The position numbers and the translations under genes were made by a program. The notes under the pieces are model-generated. The model did not search any database. It had not been told where the DNA came from and was given only the letters and a program-made list of their open reading frames with translations. A DNA stretch of 64,000 bases from Acidimicrobiia bacterium (GTDB taxonomy: Bacteria; Actinomycetota; Acidimicrobiia; Acidimicrobiales; Bin134). The DNA lies in assembly GCA_009842675.1 (NCBI GenBank), contig VYEX01000077.1:44207-108206 (forward strand), in the 5' to 3' direction. Position 1 is the stretch's first letter; every line of letters starts with the position of its first letter. Shown here piece by piece: positions 1 to 8,856 of this stretch.

Positions 1-1131
1 GTGAGGGCGGCTGGGATAGACGAGCGACGCCGGCTGCTGTCTGCGCGGCGTGACGAAGTCGAGCGACGGTTGAGCCAGATGGCTCAAGCCCGGTCCGAGG
101 CCGCCTCCCGTCGAGAGGCGGTCGACCAGCGACTCGCCATCGTCGACCAATTGATGGGCTTGGTACTCGAGCGTTCTCAGGAGGCGGGCCGTCAGCTTGA
201 GGAGCTGCGCCAACGGCGGGCCGAGGAGTCAGAGGCGGCTCGGATGGCTGCCCAGCGGCTTGAGGGCTTGCGCAGCCAGAGGGCACAGGCCGAAGCGCGG
301 TTGGGCCAGTTCAGGGAAAGAGACCGCAGCGCGGAGATCGAGTTGGCCGAAGCAGGAATCAGGCTGGAAGCAGCCACAGATCGGTGTCGCCGCGAGCTGG
401 ACTGCGAGCCTGCTGAGGCAGTGGCCACCGAATGCCCTCCTTTGGAAACGGGTGTCGCCCCCGCCGACCGGGTCAGGGCTTTGGAGCAAGAACTGCGAAT
501 TATGGGTCCGGTCAACCCGCTGGCGTTGGAGGAGTATGAGGCGCTCTCGGAGCGATATGAGTTCACCCAGGCCCAGATCGACGACATCCGTCAGAGCCGC
601 CGGGAACTCCGCAAGGTGATCCGCAAGATCGACGAGGAGATCGTCAGTGTGTTCTCGTCGGCCTATGCCGACGTGGCCCGCAATTTCGCCGATCTGTTCC
701 AGACGCTCTTTCCCGGCGGCGAGGGCAAGTTGCGGCTCACCCAGCCCGACGCGCTGCTGGACACCGGGGTGGAGATTGAAGCCCGCCCATCAGGCAAGAA
801 CATCAGGCGTTTGAGCCTGCTCTCGGGCGGTGAGCGCTCGCTTACCGCGCTGGCCTTCTTGTTTGCCGTGTTCCGCAGTCGTCCTTCGCCGTTCTATGTC
901 ATGGACGAGGTGGAAGCAGCCCTTGACGATGTAAACCTGCACCGCTTCCTCCAGCTGGTTGACGAATTCCGGGCGGACGCCCAGCTACTCATCGTGAGCC
1001 ACCAGAAGCACACCATGGAGGCGGCCGACTGCCTCTACGGAGTGTCAATGAAACCGGGAGGAAGCTCGAAAGTGCTTTCTGAAAGAGTGGTGGTAGCCTC
1101 AGAACCGAAGGTTTTGGTCGAGCAAGGCTGA
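1..1131 (+). CDS. smc: Chromosome segregation protein SMC, C-terminal part (5' truncated by window)
   Basis: Coiled coil, GPVNPLALEEY, ABC signature LSGGE, Walker B FYVMDEVEAALD. Confidence 0.97.
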   Translation: MRAAGIDERRRLLSARRDEVERRLSQMAQARSEAASRREAVDQRLAIVDQLMGLVLERSQEAGRQLEELRQRRAEESEAARMAAQRLEGLRSQRAQAEARLGQFRERDRSAEIELAEAGIRLEAATDRCRRELDCEPAEAVATECPPLETGVAPADRVRALEQELRIMGPVNPLALEEYEALSERYEFTQAQIDDIRQSRRELRKVIRKIDEEIVSVFSSAYADVARNFADLFQTLFPGGEGKLRLTQPDALLDTGVEIEARPSGKNIRRLSLLSGGERSLTALAFLFAVFRSRPSPFYVMDEVEAALDDVNLHRFLQLVDEFRADAQLLIVSHQKHTMEAADCLYGVSMKPGGSSKVLSERVVVASEPKVLVEQG

Positions 1132-1133
1132 GG

Positions 1134-2549
1134 ATGAGCAACGGGCCCGAAGATCCCCGGTCGGAGTGGGATCCCCTGGGGTGGGAACTGGAAGACTCAA
1201 GCGAGCAACCCAGGTATGTGCCTGCGCCGCGCGAGGTAGAAGTGGTGGAGTGGGTGCCCCAAACCAGTCCACCGCCTCAACCCCGCAATCCCGCAGTGAT
1301 CATGCTGGTGGCGTCGGTGCTGTTGGCTGTCCTGGGCCTGGTCGGCATAGGTATCGGTGTGGGCAGCATCTTCTTCAACCGGGACGCTCCGCCTCCCGAG
1401 ATTGTGGTGGTGTCGGGACCGCAGGTGGTGAGCGCCCCAGCCGAAGCCCCCGCCTTGCAAACTCCGCTGGTGGTGGCGCCCTCCGACCAGACACCGTCAG
1501 GCGAATCCCCTGGAGCCGACCAACTACCTAGCCCACTGGTGCCTGATGACCCGGTGGTGGCGGTAGCCCGAGCGGTCATTCCCTCGGTGGTGCTCATTCA
1601 GGTGGACGGACCCGATTTCGAAGATCCCGAGATTGCTCCCGAATTTCCCCCTGAGGACTGGGAGCCTGGGGACGAACTTCCTGAAGAATTCGAATTTCCC
1701 GATCCGGAGCAAAGGGGTGGACAGGGTTCTGGGATCATCTACGACTCGTCCGGTCATATTCTGACCAATGCCCACGTTCTGGGCGATGCTGAGACGGTGA
1801 GGGTGCAGTTTGCCGACGGCACCCGAGCTGAGGGCGTCGTCGTAGGAACCGCTCCGGCGATCGACGTCGGCCTGATACGGGTTGACACGGACATGGCACT
1901 GACGCCGGCAGTCTTTGCCGATCGCTCCACCGTCGAAGTCGGACAATTGGCGGTGGCGGTGGGCAGCCCGTTCGGGTTGCAGCAGTCGGTGACCTCGGGG
2001 ATTGTCAGCGCGGTGGGCCGAGCCATCAGAGAGGGGACCGGTGGCAGTGCCTTCGTCGAGATGATCCAGACCGATGCCCCGATCAACCCCGGAAATTCCG
2101 GCGGCGCCCTGGCTAATCGCTTCGGCCAGGTAATCGGAATGAACACCCTCATTCAGACCGATGGTTCAATTGGCAACATCGGATTGGGGTTCGCCATCCC
2201 CTCCGACATCGCCCTAAATATCGTCCAGCGCATCCTGAACGGTGAGAGCACCGAACTGGGATATCTGGGCGTCTACGGGACTGATCCCGAGATAGGACAC
2301 CCTGGAGCCCTTGTGGTGGAAGTGGAGCCGGATACTCCCGCCGAGCGAGCCGGGCTGATGGAGGGGGATTTGATCATCCTGATCGACAATGAGGTGGTTT
2401 CGACGTTCACTGAGCTTGCCGCCAAAGTTCAATTCCGCGTTCCGGGAACGGAAGTGGAATTGGAGGTGGTCCGCGACGACGAGAACATCACGCTCACCGT
2501 GGTCATCGGCTCTCGGCCATCTGTCGAAGAGCCCGAAGACGAAGAATAG
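1134..2549 (+). CDS. Membrane-anchored HtrA-family serine protease with one PDZ domain
   Basis: N-terminal TM helix, TNAHV, IQTDAPINPGNSGG, C-terminal PDZ. Confidence 0.93.
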   Translation: MSNGPEDPRSEWDPLGWELEDSSEQPRYVPAPREVEVVEWVPQTSPPPQPRNPAVIMLVASVLLAVLGLVGIGIGVGSIFFNRDAPPPEIVVVSGPQVVSAPAEAPALQTPLVVAPSDQTPSGESPGADQLPSPLVPDDPVVAVARAVIPSVVLIQVDGPDFEDPEIAPEFPPEDWEPGDELPEEFEFPDPEQRGGQGSGIIYDSSGHILTNAHVLGDAETVRVQFADGTRAEGVVVGTAPAIDVGLIRVDTDMALTPAVFADRSTVEVGQLAVAVGSPFGLQQSVTSGIVSAVGRAIREGTGGSAFVEMIQTDAPINPGNSGGALANRFGQVIGMNTLIQTDGSIGNIGLGFAIPSDIALNIVQRILNGESTELGYLGVYGTDPEIGHPGALVVEVEPDTPAERAGLMEGDLIILIDNEVVSTFTELAAKVQFRVPGTEVELEVVRDDENITLTVVIGSRPSVEEPEDEE

Positions 2550-2555
2550 GGTCTT

Positions 2556-3443
2556 GTGGTGCCTCGCCGACGTTGGCCCACCGCTCGGGGGACGTTCTCG
2601 GGCTTCTTGGCCTCGGTGGATTCTCGGGGAGTGGACGACGCCACCTGGGAGGAGCTGGAGGACGCGCTGATCCTGGCCGACGCCGGTGTGGGCACCACCA
2701 CCGCGTTGCTGGATCGGCTCAAAGAGCAGGCCAAAGCGAAGAAGGTCAACGATCCCGAGCAGTTGGTGGCCCTGCTGAAATCCCAGATGGCCGAAGATCT
2801 GGGGGGCCGAGACCTTGAACTGGGGACCGAGGGCAACCCTGCGGTGTGGCTGTTCGTGGGTGTGAATGGGGTGGGCAAAACCACCACCATCGGAAAGCTG
2901 GCCGACCGAGAGGTTCGAAGCGGACGCAAGGTGGTGCTGGCCGCGGGGGATACGTTTCGAGCGGCGGCCGCTGAGCAGCTTGGTCAGTGGGCGGATCGAT
3001 CAGGGGCCGAGCTGGTGCGGGGCGCAGAAGGCGCTGATCCGAGCTCGGTCATATACGACGCCGTCGAGCACGCGGCCGCCTCAGGGGTTCCGCTGGTCAT
3101 GGCCGATACCGCTGGCCGTCTGCACACCCGAGCCAACTTGATGGAAGAGCTGGCCAAGATCCACCGAGTGGCCGGCAAGGGGCCGGGAACGGTCACCGAG
3201 GTGCTGTTGGTGATCGACGCCAGCACCGGCCAAAACGGGCTGGCCCAAGCCCGACAGTTCACCGAGTCGGCCGAGCTGACCGGGGTGGTCCTCACCAAGC
3301 TCGACGGGTCGGCCAAGGGCGGCATCGTCATGGCCGTGCAAGATGAATTGGACATTCCGGTGAAGTTGGTGGGTCTGGGGGAGGGCATAGCCGACTTGGT
3401 GGAATTCGATGCCGACGATTACGTCGAGGCCCTGTTCTCCTAA
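2556..3443 (+). CDS. ftsY: SRP receptor FtsY (NG domain; start uncertain)
   Basis: GVNGVGKTTT, DTFRAAA, DTAGR, TKLDGSAKGG. Confidence 0.96.
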   Translation: MVPRRRWPTARGTFSGFLASVDSRGVDDATWEELEDALILADAGVGTTTALLDRLKEQAKAKKVNDPEQLVALLKSQMAEDLGGRDLELGTEGNPAVWLFVGVNGVGKTTTIGKLADREVRSGRKVVLAAGDTFRAAAAEQLGQWADRSGAELVRGAEGADPSSVIYDAVEHAAASGVPLVMADTAGRLHTRANLMEELAKIHRVAGKGPGTVTEVLLVIDASTGQNGLAQARQFTESAELTGVVLTKLDGSAKGGIVMAVQDELDIPVKLVGLGEGIADLVEFDADDYVEALFS

Positions 3444-3501
3444 CCCTTCCCTTGGTGTCGGATATCCAATCTGTTTCGCAAGGGCGTAGTCTGGGCCGCC
3501 C

Positions 3502-4932
3502 ATGTTCGACACGCTGAGCAACCGGTTCGAAGGCATTTTCAAGCGCATGCGGGGTCTGGGGATCCTGCGGGAGAGCGATGTCGACGAGGTGCTGCGGGAG
3601 ATCCGCCTTGCCCTTTTGGAGGCCGACGTCAACCTCCATGTGGTCCGGGGCTTTCAAGACAGGGTTCGCCAGCGATGTGTGGGAGCTGAGGTTCACAAGG
3701 CACTGAACCCGGTACAGCAGGTGATCAAGTTCGTCCATGAGGAGCTGATTGCCACCCTGGGCGGCGAAACCCTGGAAATCTCCCATCCGGCCAAAGCCCC
3801 TACGGTGGTGCTGTTGGCCGGGCTTCAAGGCTCGGGCAAGACCACCAACGCGGCCAAGCTTGCCTCCTGGTTCAAGCAGCAGGGTCGCAACCCGATGCTG
3901 GTGGGCGCCGATTTGCAGCGTCCGGCTGCGGTAGAGCAGCTCCGCACTCTGGGGGCCTCCATTGAGGTACCGGTGTTCAGCGAGCCCTCCGACCCCGTAG
4001 CAGTAGCCCGACAAGGGGTTGCCGAGGCGGTGGCAGCCAACCGCGACGTGGTGATCTGCGACACCGCCGGTCGGCTGGCCATCGACCAGGAGATGATGGA
4101 CCAGGTCGGACGGATATCCGACGCCATCGAGCCCCACTACACCTTCTTGGTGGTCGACGCCATGACCGGTCAGGACGCGGTCACCACGGCGGAGTCGTTC
4201 CATGAAATTCTGGAGCTCGACGGGGTGATCCTCACCAAAGTGGACGGCGATGCCCGCGGCGGCGCCGCGCTGTCGGTCAAGGAGGTGGTGGGACGGCCCA
4301 TCGCCTTCTCCTCCACCGGTGAGAAGATCGACGAGTTCGAGCTGTTCCACCCCGACCGGGTTGCCAGCCGGATACTCGGCATGGGCGATGTCTTGACCCT
4401 GGTGGAGAAGGCCGAGCAGGTTTACGAGGAGGCCGAGGCCGAGGCGACCGCGGCCAAGCTGCTGGAAGGGGAGTTCACGCTGGAGGACTTCTTGGAGCAG
4501 ATGCGCCAGCTCAAGAAGATGGGCTCGCTCCAGAATCTGGTGGGAATGCTCCCCGGCGTATCCCCCGAATTGCGCAATGCCGAGATCGAGGATGATCAGA
4601 TCGCCCAGGTCGAGGCCATCATCTGCTCTATGACCCCGCAGGAGCGGGCCACACCCCGGATCGTCGACGGCTCTCGCCGACAAAGAATTGCCGCTGGCTC
4701 CGGTACTCGGCCCTCAGAGGTCTCCCAGCTCCTGCGTCAGTTCAGCGAGGTGCAGCGGATGATGAAACGAATGGGGGGCAAAGGGCCGGGTTCGGGTCGC
4801 AAGAAGCCCAAGAAAGGCCGAAAGGGCAGTCGGGTGACCCCGCCAGGCGGCCAGCAGAGGAAGCCGGGAAAGCCCAAGTTGACCCTGCCGGGCTTGGAGG
4901 ACGGGGAATTCGATCTCTCATCCCTGAGGTAG
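3502..4932 (+). CDS. ffh: Signal recognition particle protein Ffh
   Basis: GLQGSGKTT, DTAGR, RILGMGD, M domain. Confidence 0.98.
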   Translation: MFDTLSNRFEGIFKRMRGLGILRESDVDEVLREIRLALLEADVNLHVVRGFQDRVRQRCVGAEVHKALNPVQQVIKFVHEELIATLGGETLEISHPAKAPTVVLLAGLQGSGKTTNAAKLASWFKQQGRNPMLVGADLQRPAAVEQLRTLGASIEVPVFSEPSDPVAVARQGVAEAVAANRDVVICDTAGRLAIDQEMMDQVGRISDAIEPHYTFLVVDAMTGQDAVTTAESFHEILELDGVILTKVDGDARGGAALSVKEVVGRPIAFSSTGEKIDEFELFHPDRVASRILGMGDVLTLVEKAEQVYEEAEAEATAAKLLEGEFTLEDFLEQMRQLKKMGSLQNLVGMLPGVSPELRNAEIEDDQIAQVEAIICSMTPQERATPRIVDGSRRQRIAAGSGTRPSEVSQLLRQFSEVQRMMKRMGGKGPGSGRKKPKKGRKGSRVTPPGGQQRKPGKPKLTLPGLEDGEFDLSSLR

Positions 4933-4953
4933 CCCACAGGGATTTTGGGCGGG

Positions 4954-5070
4954 TAGAGTTTGCCCATTCCGGCGGTCGGCGCCGGTTCGTGCCTGCACCG
5001 GCACTGACGACAGGCCAATTGGGCTCAGGACGTCCAATGGACCCAAGTAGACAGAAGGGCTGACCGGCTA
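4954..5070 (+). promoter_or_regulatory. Putative rpsP promoter and structured 5' leader
   Basis: TAGAGT -10-like box; hairpin GTCGGCGCCGGT(4975-4986)/ACCGGCACTGAC(4997-5008). Confidence 0.35.
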
Positions 5071-5589
5071 GTGGCAGTAAAACTCCGGCTGATGCGGATG
5101 GGCAAGAAAAAGCAGCCCACGTACCGCGTGGTGGCCGCTGATTCCCGCAAGGCCCGAAATGGGCGCTTCATCGAGATTGTGGGCACCTACAACCCCCGCC
5201 AGGAGCCGTCACTGATCGAGATCGACAACGAACGGGCCCTGCACTGGCTTCGCCATGGCGCCCAACCCAGCGAGCGGGTGCAGAAGCTGCTGGTCATCTC
5301 GGGTGCGTGGGAAGAGTTCACCGGAGAAGCCGCCCCCGCGATCAATGCACCGGCGAAGGTGACCAAGGCCGCATCAGCGGAGGCGGTGGATGCCCCAGCA
5401 GAAGATGCCTCGGCCGAAGATGTGTCGGCCGAAGATGCCTCGGCGGAGGCGCCCGATGCAGGGTCCGAGCCTGGTGAAGATTCCGAAGCCGCATCGGCAG
5501 AGGAAGAGGCAGACTCAAACGCTGAAACAGCTGAGGCTGAGGAGGCGGCAGAGGAAGACGCTGAGAAGGCCGAGGGCGGGGAATCGTGA
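5071..5589 (+). CDS. rpsP: 30S ribosomal protein S16 with Ala/Glu-rich tail
   Basis: MAVKLRLMRMGKKKQPTYRVVAADSR. Confidence 0.98.
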   Translation: MAVKLRLMRMGKKKQPTYRVVAADSRKARNGRFIEIVGTYNPRQEPSLIEIDNERALHWLRHGAQPSERVQKLLVISGAWEEFTGEAAPAINAPAKVTKAASAEAVDAPAEDASAEDVSAEDASAEAPDAGSEPGEDSEAASAEEEADSNAETAEAEEAAEEDAEKAEGGES

Positions 5590-6026
5590 GCGACACCGAC
5601 TTTGACGCCGAAGGCGACGACGCTGAGCACGACGACCCTGAAATCGACGACGCTGTGAACGACGACCCTGAGAACGAGGACCCTGTGAACGACGATGTCG
5701 GGAACGACGACTTCGAGGATGACGACTACCGCGATGACTTCGAGGAAGACGATTTCGACGAGGATGACGACATCAACACCATCGAAGTCCCGACCGCACG
5801 AAATGTCTTGGAATTCCTCGTCAAGTCGGTGGTGGAGAACCCCGACGACGTGGAAGTGGAAATAGTCGAGCGTCAGGGTTCGGTCACGCTGGAGGTCACG
5901 GTGGCCGAAGGGGACATGGGCCGGGTTATCGGCCGCCGGGGCCGGGTTGCCAACTCCATTCGCACGCTGGTGCGGGCTGCGGCCAGCAAAGACGGCAGTT
6001 CCATCGACGTTGAATTCGTTGACTGA
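5586..6026 (+). CDS. khpA: KH-domain RNA-binding protein KhpA with Asp-rich N-terminal extension
   Basis: DMGRVIGRRGRVANSIRTLV; position between rpsP and rimM. Confidence 0.92.
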   Translation: MSDTDFDAEGDDAEHDDPEIDDAVNDDPENEDPVNDDVGNDDFEDDDYRDDFEEDDFDEDDDINTIEVPTARNVLEFLVKSVVENPDDVEVEIVERQGSVTLEVTVAEGDMGRVIGRRGRVANSIRTLVRAAASKDGSSIDVEFVD

Positions 6027-6055
6027 CCGCCGGGCGTGACCCCTCGGCTAGTGGT

Positions 6056-6520
6056 GTGTCTCAACTTGAGGTAGGCCGCATCGACCGGGCCCACGGGGTC
6101 CGGGGGGAGACGGTGGTCACGCTCTGGACCAACCGCACCGAACGCCTTGAAGCCGGATCGGTGCTGACGGCTGATTTCGGCCCGCTCACGGTGGTGGAGG
6201 CCCGAGCCTTCCAGCAACGATGGATAGTGCAATTTGCCGAGGTTTTGGACCGGGACGCTGCCGACGGCCTGCGAGGCCAGGTGCTTCGCGCCTCCCCAAT
6301 TTTCGATCCCGACGAGCTTTGGGTTCACGAGTTGATCGGCAAGATGATCTGTGAGACCGACGGCACAGAGCGGGGGAGGGTAGAGGCAGTTCAGCAGAAC
6401 CCGGCCAGCGATCTGCTGGTTTCGGAGTCCGGCGCTTTGATTCCTCTCACCTTTCTCGTCGAGCAGTCCGGGGATCGGCTGATCGTGGATGTGCCGAGCG
6501 GCCTGTTCGACGAGACTTGA
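6056..6520 (+). CDS. rimM: Ribosome maturation factor RimM
   Basis: VGRIDRAHGVRGE, C-terminal PRC-barrel; synteny. Confidence 0.93.
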   Translation: MSQLEVGRIDRAHGVRGETVVTLWTNRTERLEAGSVLTADFGPLTVVEARAFQQRWIVQFAEVLDRDAADGLRGQVLRASPIFDPDELWVHELIGKMICETDGTERGRVEAVQQNPASDLLVSESGALIPLTFLVEQSGDRLIVDVPSGLFDET

Positions 6521-6534
6521 GGGTTCAACGAGCC

Positions 6535-7257
6535 ATGAGAGTCGACGTATTCACCATCTTCCCCTCGATGTTCGATGAGTTCTTGGACTTCGGGGTGATT
6601 GGCAGGGGGGTGAAGCAGGGCCGCTTTGTTGTTCGGGTTCACGATCTGCGGGCCGGAGCGGGCGATCCCCATCGCTCGGTGGACGATGCCCCTTTCGGGG
6701 GCGGTGCGGGAATGGTGATGATGCCGGAGCCCCTGTTCAATTCGGTAGAGCAGGCCGATCCCCCCCGTCCCCTGTTTCTCCTCGGTCCCGCTGGCCGCCG
6801 ATTCGATCAGGCCATTGCCCTCGAGCTGGCCTCCGGTGAGGGCTTCTCGCTGCTGTGCGGTCGCTATGAAGGGGTAGACCAGCGAGTTCGGGATCATCTT
6901 GTGGACGATGAGCTGTCACTGGGCGACTTCGTGTTGGCCGGAGGGGAAGTCGGGGCCATGGCGGTAATCGAGGCTGTCGGACGGCTTGTCCCCGGCGTTT
7001 TGGGCAACGAGCTCTCGGCCGCCGAGGACTCCTTTAGCGACGGGTTGTTGGAGTATCCCCACTACACCCGGCCTGCGGAATTTAGGGACTGGCCGGTGCC
7101 CGACGTGCTGTTGTCGGGAGACCACGGCCGGGTAGAGCGCTGGCGGAAGGCCCAGTCACTTGCCCGGACGGTGGCCTTGCGGCCCGACCTCGTCGACGCC
7201 CGGGGCGGCCTGAGCGACGAGGAGCGATCGCTCTTAGATGAGTTCGGCCTTTCATAA
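6535..7257 (+). CDS. trmD: tRNA (guanine-N1)-methyltransferase TrmD (alternative start TTG 6517)
   Basis: DDAPFGGGAGMVM, CGRYEGVDQR, LEYPHYTRP. Confidence 0.98.
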   Translation: MRVDVFTIFPSMFDEFLDFGVIGRGVKQGRFVVRVHDLRAGAGDPHRSVDDAPFGGGAGMVMMPEPLFNSVEQADPPRPLFLLGPAGRRFDQAIALELASGEGFSLLCGRYEGVDQRVRDHLVDDELSLGDFVLAGGEVGAMAVIEAVGRLVPGVLGNELSAAEDSFSDGLLEYPHYTRPAEFRDWPVPDVLLSGDHGRVERWRKAQSLARTVALRPDLVDARGGLSDEERSLLDEFGLS

Positions 7258-7267
7258 ACGGGCCGGA

Positions 7268-7273
7268 TATAAT
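7268..7273 (+). promoter_or_regulatory. Consensus -10 box for rplS
   Basis: TATAAT 57 nt before the rplS ATG, followed by a GCGCCC...GGGCGC leader hairpin. Confidence 0.6.
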
Positions 7274-7330
7274 TTCTCGTCGCGCCCCGATGCCAGAGTT
7301 GGGCGCTGAAGTACTCACAAGAGGCGTGCC

Positions 7331-7675
7331 ATGAATCCCACCGACATCGTTGATCGCGATACCAGACGCTCAGACATTCCCGAGTTCAGCCCCGGCGACG
7401 CGGTAAAGGTCCACGTCCGCGTGGTGGAGGGCAGCCGCGAGCGGGTCCAGATCTTCGAGGGAGTGGTCATCCGCCGACAGGGCAGCGGAATACGCGAGAC
7501 ATTCACCGTCCGAAAGGTCAGCTTTGGCGTGGGAGTGGAGCGCACTTTTCCGGTTCACTCGCCCATCATTGCCAAAGTCGAGGTAGGAGCCCGCGGCGAT
7601 GTGCGCCGAGCCAAGCTCTACTACCTGCGAGACCGAATTGGTCGGGCCGCCCGGGTCAAGGAGAAGCGCTTCTAG
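7331..7675 (+). CDS. rplS: 50S ribosomal protein L19
   Basis: [28 protein letters not shown]. Confidence 0.99.
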   Translation: MNPTDIVDRDTRRSDIPEFSPGDAVKVHVRVVEGSRERVQIFEGVVIRRQGSGIRETFTVRKVSFGVGVERTFPVHSPIIAKVEVGARGDVRRAKLYYLRDRIGRAARVKEKRF

Positions 7676-7693
7676 CCAAGCCCTTGGCCAAAT

Positions 7694-7715
7694 TGTCACC
7701 CACCGTGCTTACGGT
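7694..7715 (+). promoter_or_regulatory. TGTCAC-N10-TAnnnT promoter of yraN (RecA-NDp/PafBC-like, leaderless)
   Basis: TGTCAC CCACCGTGCT TACGGT, then 6 nt to ATG 7722. Confidence 0.75.
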
Positions 7716-7721
7716 GCAGGC

Positions 7722-8066
7722 ATGGCATACAGACAGGCGCTGGGCCGTTGGGGCGAAGACCGAGTAGTGCGGTGGTATCGCCGCCAGGGGTTTCAGGTTC
7801 TCGACCGCAACTGGCGGTGCAGCAGGGGCGAATTGGATGTGATCGTGCAACGGGGGTCGATCGTTGCCGTGTGCGAGGTGAAGACCCGGACATCGCTGGC
7901 ATTCGGCGCTCCCGCCGAGGCCGTCGGATGGCAGAAGCAGCGTCGGATACGCCGATTGGCCGCCCAGTGGTTGGCCGAGCAGGAGCGGTCAGGTCCGGTG
8001 CAGCTTCGATTCGACGTTGCCGAGGTGATGGGACGCGAGCTGCGGGTGATCGAAGCGGCGTTTTAG
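7722..8066 (+). CDS. yraN: YraN-family (UPF0102) PD-(D/E)xK nuclease
   Basis: LGRWGE, RNWRCSRGELDVI, EVKTR, RFDV. Confidence 0.93.
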   Translation: MAYRQALGRWGEDRVVRWYRRQGFQVLDRNWRCSRGELDVIVQRGSIVAVCEVKTRTSLAFGAPAEAVGWQKQRRIRRLAAQWLAEQERSGPVQLRFDVAEVMGRELRVIEAAF

Positions 8067-8230
8067 TGGTGTGTCTTGGGTTTAGCGCCGTGGATTGCGA
8101 CGGCAGCGGGGTTCCTCGCAAGGCGCACCGACGCAGCCATACCCGGAGCGTACGGCAAGGAGGAGCAACGCCGCGAGGGGCGTTGATGCCTAGCAGGACA
8201 CGCGCGAATAAACCCAAGACACACCGCTAG
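8064..8230. mobile_element. MITE-like element with 21-bp terminal inverted repeats
   Basis: TAGTGGTGTGTCTTGGGTTTA (8064-8084) vs TAAACCCAAGACACACCGCTA (8209-8229), 1 mismatch; TAG at both ends; internal stem-loops; no transposase. Confidence 0.8.
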
Positions 8231-8355
8231 CCCAGCACGGCCCACAGAATCAGCCCGACGCAAACCAGCACACCCGCGGCCACATACCAGTAGTCGAATC
8301 GAGTCCGCCGCTGCTTTCGTGTGGGATCGAAGCCGATATCCCAGTATGTTCCCAC
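8227..8355 (-). CDS. Small single-pass membrane protein (42 aa; start uncertain)
   Basis: Manual translation MGTYWDIGFDPTRKQRRTRFDYWYVAAGVLVCVGLILWAVLG*: basic patch then a TM helix; shorter than any ORF in the track. Confidence 0.6.
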   Translation of the reverse strand: MGTYWDIGFDPTRKQRRTRFDYWYVAAGVLVCVGLILWAVLG

Positions 8356-8723
8356 TGGTGGCTGCAAGGAAAGCCGTTGTCGCTTGGGTTGTGTTTTTGG
8401 CCTTGTCCGCGGCGGTGGGCGCCGGATGCGGGTCGGGTTCCTCCCCCGAGGTGGAGGCCGGTCCCGATGGGACCCCTGATCCCGTGCTGGTGGCCGGACG
8501 AGGAGTATTCGTTGACCGGTGCGCGTCTTGCCACGACGCCGATGGAAGCGGAACCGGAGACGGTCCCCGCCTGAACCGTGGTCGGCTGTTGCTGGAATAC
8601 CCCGACCCCAGCGGAGCTGTCGCCGTGGTTTCAGAGGGGAAGAACCGCATGCCGGGCTTCGGCGGTCTATTGACCTCGGACGAGATCGACGCGGTCCTCC
8701 GCTATATCAACGAGGTGCTCTGA
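8346..8723 (+). CDS. Monoheme cytochrome c, probable lipoprotein (start uncertain)
   Basis: Signal peptide ending in GAGC, CASCH heme motif, distal Met in RMPGF. Confidence 0.88.
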   Translation: MFPLVAARKAVVAWVVFLALSAAVGAGCGSGSSPEVEAGPDGTPDPVLVAGRGVFVDRCASCHDADGSGTGDGPRLNRGRLLLEYPDPSGAVAVVSEGKNRMPGFGGLLTSDEIDAVLRYINEVL

Positions 8724-8761
8724 GGGGATCTCCCCCTCTGGACGGCCGAAGACGGTGAAGT

Positions 8762-8783
8762 TGTCACCGGCTGTGGCTATGGT
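8762..8783 (+). promoter_or_regulatory. TGTCAC-N10-TAnnnT promoter of comM-dprA
   Basis: TGTCAC CGGCTGTGGC TATGGT, 73 nt before the start codon. Confidence 0.72.
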
Positions 8784-8856
8784 CGGGGAACGCTCGTGAC
8801 CAGCGAAACGGGTCTCTCTTCAGGCACGAGGAATCATCCTCGAGAAAGCACTCGCC

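Noticed and set aside
3455-3476. TGTCGG upstream of ffh as a PafBC site
   Set aside because: The hexamer 10 nt downstream is TGTTTC, not TAnnnT.
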